Under the pieces are notes generated by a model. That model made no database searches. It was not told the DNA's origin and worked only from the letters and a program-made list of their open reading frames with translations. The position numbers and the translations under genes are program-made. Below, piece after piece: positions 26,808 through 32,156 of a stretch of 32,156 bases of DNA. Numbering within the stretch: the stretch's first letter is position 1; every line of letters starts with the position of its first letter. Source of the stretch: a virus (taxonomy: Duplodnaviria > Caudoviricetes); the IMG/VR virus record IMGVR_UViG_3300033067_001939, positions 1 through 32,156 of that record, one strand, 5' to 3'.

Positions 26808-27122
26808 TTAGACAGTCGTTGAAGACGAGGTACTTGTACTAGTTGAACTTGTAGAGGTACTTGTTGAACTGGTTGAGGTGCTGGTCGTGCTTGAACTTGA
26901 ACTGCTTGAAGTTGACGATGAGGTACTGCTTGAAGTACTTGTGGTACTTGAGCTGGTTGAGGTGCTAGTCGATGAAGTCATCGCAATCCCAAGCCAAACA
27001 ACTCCGTTAAATCGCATCCAAAGGTTTGTATCGGTATCAAAGAATTCTTGTCCAGCTTTGGGAGCTGTAGGAATAGCACTTTGTTCCAAAACTCTGCCCG
27101 ATAAGTTACTAAAGTTTGTCAT
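26808..27122 (-). CDS. Ser/Thr-tail protein 1 (104 aa)
   Basis: PTAPKAGQEFFDT...FNG..W domain plus ~54-residue S/T tail ending STTV. Confidence 0.85.
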   Translation of the reverse strand: MTNFSNLSGRVLEQSAIPTAPKAGQEFFDTDTNLWMRFNGVVWLGIAMTSSTSTSTSSSTTSTSSSTSSSTSSSSSSSTTSTSTSSTSTSTSSTSTSTSSSTTV

Positions 27123-27131
27123 GTATAACCC

Positions 27132-27160
27132 ATTTTATAAGTATCCCTACTAGAAGTCAA
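27132..27160 (-). promoter_or_regulatory. promoter TTGACT-17-TAAAAT for Ser/Thr-tail genes
   Basis: Just after the capsid terminator; followed by gggttatacATG. Confidence 0.7.
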
Positions 27161-27172
27161 GACTACCCTAAT

Positions 27173-27204
27173 AAAAAAATAGACCCCCCAAATTGGAGGG
27201 TCTA
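27173..27204 (-). terminator. intrinsic terminator after major capsid gene
   Basis: Minus strand TAGACCCTCCAATTTGGGGGGTCTA hairpin followed by T7. Confidence 0.85.
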
Positions 27205-27221
27205 AATAAGCTAAAACGTAT

Positions 27222-28136
27222 TTAGCTCGCGTAGGCTTGACCGTCGCCTTTTGATCCCCAGACGCCTCTATAATCAGAGAAGCCGTTTGAGAAACGAGTG
27301 CGTGTCTTGTAGAGAGCCATACCAGTGTCAAAAGCAGTATCCTGCTTGAACTCTGGCTGAATTCTCCAGAACCAGTTAAGCTCATGCATACGTGAATCCA
27401 AAAGGAACCACGCTGTCGTTGAGGTCAACCAATCCCATACGACGATTCTCAACTTCCCTTTGTAGAAGTTTAGATCGTTGTCAGCCGAATCAGATCGAAG
27501 ATTTGAATCTACGATGATATGGGCCTGTTTCTCCAATGCTGGAGGAACGAGGAGCGTATCAGCCATTGACTCGATCTTCATACCTTTGTCGTCAAGATGA
27601 GCTCGCAGAGCTAGTCTTCCTGTTTCCAGATTGGTCTCAGTAAGAGTAAGTCCTGTCGAAGATCCGTTTGACTGTGCTGTTCCACCATCTGATCGAGGAT
27701 GTGATACTGAAACCAGAGGTTTAGCATCTCCACCAAGATAAGAGGTTGAGAACGCGTTGTTAAACAGATCAGCAGCTTTAGACTCAGTGGTGCGACGAGC
27801 AGCACGAGCTAGAGCAGCTGGCTTTTTCTTGATAACACCGTATTGATCATCCTCATACAGTTCCTCGGAGACTTTGAATCCCTTGGTGTATTTTGAATGA
27901 ACATAACGCTTATCGTACATTTGAACTGGATCCTCATAATCAATAGCTCCGCCTTCGCTCGTAAGAGCAAGAAGACCAAAACCGGAGATGGCACTATCCT
28001 TCTCATCCTGTTTTGTTGAGGTATTTACATGAAGAAGCGAAGGAAATACTTGGGGAATTTCCTTGTAGACATCGTCAAAGATCTGACGAAAGCCTGGTTC
28101 AAGAAGATCACCAAATGTGTTTCTATAACTTGACAT
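27222..28136 (-). CDS. major capsid protein (HK97 fold, Mu gpT-like)
   Basis: 304 aa; EG..I.Y, Y..GF..S.E..EDDQY, GGD.KPL....HP, LLVPP.L, TAWFL; after scaffold and cement. Confidence 0.9.
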   Translation of the reverse strand: MSSYRNTFGDLLEPGFRQIFDDVYKEIPQVFPSLLHVNTSTKQDEKDSAISGFGLLALTSEGGAIDYEDPVQMYDKRYVHSKYTKGFKVSEELYEDDQYGVIKKKPAALARAARRTTESKAADLFNNAFSTSYLGGDAKPLVSVSHPRSDGGTAQSNGSSTGLTLTETNLETGRLALRAHLDDKGMKIESMADTLLVPPALEKQAHIIVDSNLRSDSADNDLNFYKGKLRIVVWDWLTSTTAWFLLDSRMHELNWFWRIQPEFKQDTAFDTGMALYKTRTRFSNGFSDYRGVWGSKGDGQAYAS

Positions 28137-28168
28137 AATAAATAATTAAATAATAACTAACCTAACGC

Positions 28169-28714
28169 TTATTGCTGTGCATACGCATGCAGGTTTGACT
28201 CTGCAACGACGAACAGTCCTTTGGTAGCAACTCCATCACCATTTGGATCACGCTTCACCAAGATAAATGCTCCTGCTGAATCACTGCCATTTTGGTCAGC
28301 AATTTGAGTGTGACTGGTAACGTCGAAGAACTTAAACTCGTCAGCTGCTACAAGAGCACCTGCCGTGTCGTTATACCAAACAGCCTGGTCATCTGCGACT
28401 ACGAGTGCTTTTACAAGCTTACTTGTAGTGTTATTTGATGTGGCTACATACGTCTTACTGGATGAAGTCCAGGTTCCATCATAGTTCTGAGGATCAGTGT
28501 TATCCAAATCGATACCATACTTATCCACGATACCTACAACGATACCCATAACTTTTGAACCAGCTGTTGCTCTGACGACTCCACCACCGTTAGATAGTGT
28601 GTCCATCTTTACAGCATCTCCTACCTTAACCGTTCCTGAATTACCAATGTTCACAGTAAGTGTCACTGGATCTTGAGCACCAGAAAGTTGCCCACGATAT
28701 TCAAAGCCTGCCAT
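28169..28714 (-). CDS. capsid cement/decoration protein
   Basis: VGDAV...G.V..A......GIV.G pattern; between scaffold and capsid. Confidence 0.7.
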   Translation of the reverse strand: MAGFEYRGQLSGAQDPVTLTVNIGNSGTVKVGDAVKMDTLSNGGGVVRATAGSKVMGIVVGIVDKYGIDLDNTDPQNYDGTWTSSSKTYVATSNNTTSKLVKALVVADDQAVWYNDTAGALVAADEFKFFDVTSHTQIADQNGSDSAGAFILVKRDPNGDGVATKGLFVVAESNLHAYAQQ

Positions 28715-28737
28715 ATTTGTAAAAATAATTGTTAAAA

Positions 28738-29574
28738 CTACTCTTCAGCTTCTTTCGACATCTGAAGTTTCTTGCTCAAATACTTCTCCTCAGAAATACC
28801 CATTTTCCGAGCTATATCTCTCTCCTGGTTTGTGAGCGTTATGCCTTGCCCACGAGCAGGGGAAGCAGCTGCAAAGCTGCCAATAGCACCTGATTTGTTC
28901 TCCTCACCTCTAAGCATTGCTGCTTGTCGTTCATGCGCAATAATCGCTTCTTTATTGGCTATAAAGTGGGCATTCTCAAGATATTTGCCGAGTTTTGGAA
29001 GCGGGATAGAGGATAGTACTTCCTGCATCGGACGCTTTCCACCTGGATCAACAATTTCCGCGAGGGTAGTTGCCAATTTAGCATAACTATCTTTGCGTGT
29101 TTTCTCGTCTAATCCGGTATAGCCGTAATCAGACATAAACTTATTGATGATCCGATTCTCCTCGACTAACTTGAGGTCCGATATGATCGGATCCACTTTG
29201 GGAGACTTACGTGCCTCGTCACCTTTATCCGCGGGATTTGAGCGTTCATCAGGGAGTGTTTCTCCTGATGTGTATCTTTTGACACCTTGCTCAACCTTCC
29301 GATATAAATCTGGGTCGCTATAAATAGCCTTGACCAGCGTATCTGTTTGCTCCTGAAGTGCTCTGGCTTCTTCTACAGTCCTTGACTGTTCGCCCAGCTT
29401 CTTCTCAAGCTCATCATATGCCTTAGCAATATCAGCAGGTGTTTTCCCTTGGAACTTTTCGGGTAAATTATAAGGTGCTTCAGTAGATGGCGATCCTTGT
29501 CCAGCACCACTGCTTACTGGGGGATTTGTCTGGCCTTTGTCTGCATTCGCAGGAGGCGTTTGATCTTGATTCAT
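28738..29574 (-). CDS. capsid scaffolding protein
   Basis: LPEKFQGK...D.AKAY.ELEKKLG and C-terminal LT..E...ARKMGISEEKY. Confidence 0.85.
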   Translation of the reverse strand: MNQDQTPPANADKGQTNPPVSSGAGQGSPSTEAPYNLPEKFQGKTPADIAKAYDELEKKLGEQSRTVEEARALQEQTDTLVKAIYSDPDLYRKVEQGVKRYTSGETLPDERSNPADKGDEARKSPKVDPIISDLKLVEENRIINKFMSDYGYTGLDEKTRKDSYAKLATTLAEIVDPGGKRPMQEVLSSIPLPKLGKYLENAHFIANKEAIIAHERQAAMLRGEENKSGAIGSFAAASPARGQGITLTNQERDIARKMGISEEKYLSKKLQMSKEAEE

Positions 29575-29622
29575 ATAATATTTTGCGGGTCCTCGTAATA
29601 TGAGGATTATCCAATTAGGTAA

Positions 29623-29652
29623 AGTATATGATCAAAGTGCATCATTTGTCAA
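29623..29652 (-). promoter_or_regulatory. promoter TTGACA-18-TATACT for scaffold-capsid operon
   Basis: Near-consensus boxes in the intergenic gap. Confidence 0.65.
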
Positions 29653-29657
29653 CTGCC

Positions 29658-30413
29658 CTACTGTCTGAAGTACTGAAGAAGCTCATTTAGAAGCGCAGCT
29701 TGTTGGTCAACTGTAGCATTTTCACCTGGGGGAGAGTAAGTATTCAAAAAATCAGCCATTTGTCCTGATTCAAGGAATTTATTGTATAGACCGCCTGTGA
29801 GCGTCCCAGCTAGTCCTCGTTGACCTTGGGGTCCTCCACCTAAAATCGCTGTCTGCAAGTCTGGGTACTGCGCAAGTGCGCGGTTCCCTTGCTGGTCCCA
29901 GCTCATGAGTCCAAATGGGTTATTCTCAGGAACTCCACTCGTCACTCCTCCTCCCGATTCTCTCAGAGCTAGAGCAGCTGGAAAGAATGGATCAATATTC
30001 GTTGGAAGCGAGTTACCAAGCTGAGCGAGTGCTGAAGCGTTACTGGCAATGGGAGGCATTGCCCCACCATTGGCTCGAGCAGCTAGTCCGGCAAGCACTT
30101 GTTCAGCTGTAATGCGAGGGAATGGTGTTGGTGATGCGGTAGGAATTTGTGCCTGCATTTGTTGAGGCATTTGAGTAGGAGCTTGCTGCATTTGCGTAGG
30201 CTGAGTCTCTGGCCAATATCTTGAGACTCCTGTATCGACGTTATGCTCAGCTGCTTTTCGAAAGGGTTGTTCTGTGGGAGCTGGAGACTGGGCCCCTGCA
30301 ACCTGGCCTTGAGGCTGGACAACCTTCAAGGGCTTGGCTGGTTGGTCTCCACCACCAAACAATCCCTCGAGAGTTGATCTGATACGAGCGAGAAAAGAGA
30401 GATCAGGTTTCAT
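29658..30413 (-). CDS. Pro/Gln-rich protein with lysozyme-like (glucosaminidase-like) C-terminal domain
   Basis: ALALRESGGG...NNPFGL...Y...YSP motifs. Confidence 0.55.
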   Translation of the reverse strand: MKPDLSFLARIRSTLEGLFGGGDQPAKPLKVVQPQGQVAGAQSPAPTEQPFRKAAEHNVDTGVSRYWPETQPTQMQQAPTQMPQQMQAQIPTASPTPFPRITAEQVLAGLAARANGGAMPPIASNASALAQLGNSLPTNIDPFFPAALALRESGGGVTSGVPENNPFGLMSWDQQGNRALAQYPDLQTAILGGGPQGQRGLAGTLTGGLYNKFLESGQMADFLNTYSPPGENATVDQQAALLNELLQYFRQ

Positions 30414-30733
30414 TTCTTTACCTCCGCTAAACGCTCCCGACGAGTGAGTTCATCAGATGCGTTCTCAACAACTTGTAAGAAGACCACCATCTCAGCGATA
30501 CGTCCTGCATAGTATTCGTGCTCAATTGCGTTTTTTATGACTCCATCCTGATCTTTTGGCCGTCGGAAACCGTAGATCGTATCCATCTTATGAAACTTTT
30601 GCTCTCTAAAATAAATTTGCAGATTCTTCCACATTTCCTCATCATTGCGCAATTTGACAAAAGCCATCAATTGCTCGCTGGGAATTGCTCGAAGTATGTA
30701 CTGACTCTCGCCAAATATTATTTTCTTTACCAT
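30410..30733 (-). CDS. small helical protein after portal
   Basis: W..L...Y.AGR pattern and position. Confidence 0.6.
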   Translation of the reverse strand: MVKKIIFGESQYILRAIPSEQLMAFVKLRNDEEMWKNLQIYFREQKFHKMDTIYGFRRPKDQDGVIKNAIEHEYYAGRIAEMVVFLQVVENASDELTRRERLAEVKK

Positions 30734-30734
30734 A

Positions 30735-32156
30735 TTATCTCTTTCTACCTAGTAATCCGAGCACTCTGGTCATCATGGATCCTTTAACGGTGCCTTGAGT
30801 TTGCTCACCACCTTGGATCATGTTGGGCATGTTTGGGTCTACCTGTGGAGAAGCACCAGCCTGAGGTTGCTGAGGTGCCCCTGGAAGATTAGTAGCAGGA
30901 GGTGTCTCGCCCTGAAGGTTCGTGACTTCTCCACGCATAGACTGTGCACTAATTTCGCCCATCGTGTGCTTCGTTAGGATTTCAAATTGTTTTTGTCCCA
31001 GTGCCTTGCCTGGAGGTGATCTCATGTAGGCAAGATGGATTCTCGTGTGATCAGCGGTTGCATATGGCGTACCAAGTTCAGGGATTGGACGTCCTTTAGT
31101 GATTTCGTCGTTCTCTTGTGAGGCTAGGTTGATCATCATCTCAGTTCGTGAATCTTTGACATCCTTTGCTGCATCATCTAGCTTGTATTGGGATGGATCT
31201 TTATCGAGTGAAGTAAGGAGTTCATCGCCGAGCTTGACTGGGTCATAGCCAATGCCCGCCGTGGCCAGAGGCATCAGTTGCATGACTGCATCTTGGGTCT
31301 GCTTGACCATAAGGGCTTTAGATACTGGCATGGTTGAACCAGCTTCAAACTGAATGCTAAATAGTCCGCTTGCATGGGGAATAAAGTATTTTGGCTGAAG
31401 GTCAAAGAATGAATATCCTTGGGTTGGTTGTTCAATGATCTGTCCTCGGGCATCAGGCACAAGCTGCTTATCTTTAATCCGAATCTCACGATACTTCTTT
31501 CTAAACATCGTCCCGTCTATATTCTGCAAGAGTCCTTGCTTTTGAGCTGTCATGAGCTGATTGGTATATTCCTGAGTTCCCGCCTCACCGAGTATCTTCT
31601 CAAGTTTTGGTTGAGCATAGAACTGAATGATGTTCGCAACACGCATCCGACCAATATCGACAAGGAATCCTTTTTCAAGTCTCCTCAACTTGGCCTTGAT
31701 CGTTTGCATCATTTGTTCTTTCTTGATGGCTGCATCAGTTGCGGTAAGCGGAGTCTTGGCTGATTGAATACGATCATTGACGCCCGTTACACGCGTTGCA
31801 TCCTTGGAAATCTCTTGGAGGGTCATGCCTACTGATGGAGCAATGTCTCCGTACTCTACTGGTTTATAGTTTGCAGGATCGTCGGTTCTGATCATGCCGT
31901 GAGGTCGAGCCGCAAGATCCTCTTCATTCATCGACTCATCTCGACTAACTAACCACATCTTGTCGATGTCCAGGTGGTTTCGATCAGTGATCATCCGGCG
32001 AAGTTTGTTCAGTTCTTTCTGCATTGATTCAAGCAGTTTAGCCTCACCCTTGTGGTAGAACTTGTGTGGGCGTTTTATGTCATAGGTCATGGCAAAGGGG
32101 AGCTGCTTGTGTTTGTATGGGTTTGGTCCCATCTTGAGCAATACATCGTTTGCGAC
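30735..32156 (-). CDS. portal protein, P22-like (5' truncated)
   Basis: Frame open to edge; PF....P..FY..G....L...Q.E.N...R...D, TG, TAT motifs, Q/P-rich tail. Confidence 0.85.
   Translation of the reverse strand, partial: VANDVLLKMGPNPYKHKQLPFAMTYDIKRPHKFYHKGEAKLLESMQKELNKLRRMITDRNHLDIDKMWLVSRDESMNEEDLAARPHGMIRTDDPANYKPVEYGDIAPSVGMTLQEISKDATRVTGVNDRIQSAKTPLTATDAAIKKEQMMQTIKAKLRRLEKGFLVDIGRMRVANIIQFYAQPKLEKILGEAGTQEYTNQLMTAQKQGLLQNIDGTMFRKKYREIRIKDKQLVPDARGQIIEQPTQGYSFFDLQPKYFIPHASGLFSIQFEAGSTMPVSKALMVKQTQDAVMQLMPLATAGIGYDPVKLGDELLTSLDKDPSQYKLDDAAKDVKDSRTEMMINLASQENDEITKGRPIPELGTPYATADHTRIHLAYMRSPPGKALGQKQFEILTKHTMGEISAQSMRGEVTNLQGETPPATNLPGAPQQPQAGASPQVDPNMPNMIQGGEQTQGTVKGSMMTRVLGLLGRKR

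Noticed and set aside
348-31763. Plus-strand ORFs and nested minus-strand ORFs (e.g. 8401..8709, 27119..27385)
   Set aside because: They overlap well-supported, tightly tiled minus-strand genes and show no recognisable motifs
1-32156. Alternative genetic code (stop-codon reassignment)
   Set aside because: TAA, TAG and TGA all end full-length genes, with ATGA/GTGA couplings; coding density is high under code 11

Overview
A 32-kb segment of a tailed dsDNA phage or prophage with podovirus-like architecture; essentially all real genes are on the minus strand. In transcription order (right to left): partial P22-like portal, small portal-adjacent protein, lysozyme-like protein, scaffold, capsid cement, major capsid protein, three tandem small proteins with pure Ser/Thr C-terminal tails, small virion genes and a fibre-like module. 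Then an ~10-kb glycan-synthesis cassette (5 glycosyltransferases, 3 methyltransferases, 2 deacetylase-like proteins, a nucleotide-sugar dehydrogenase, a GDP-mannose-epimerase-like enzyme). Then more Ser/Thr-tract proteins, tail adaptor, an apparently split nozzle, ejection proteins, a C39-like endolysin with two holin-like proteins, a glutaredoxin and small genes. The best candidate new system is phage-encoded virion O-glycosylation, with enzymes and mucin-like Ser/Thr acceptor tags (six genes) encoded together. Also seen: a 44-bp inverted copy of a glycosyltransferase segment inside another cassette gene, and sigma70 promoters giving leaderless or near-leaderless mRNAs. A Patescibacteria (CPR) host is inferred, not shown. 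Family assignments are by eye, without database searches.
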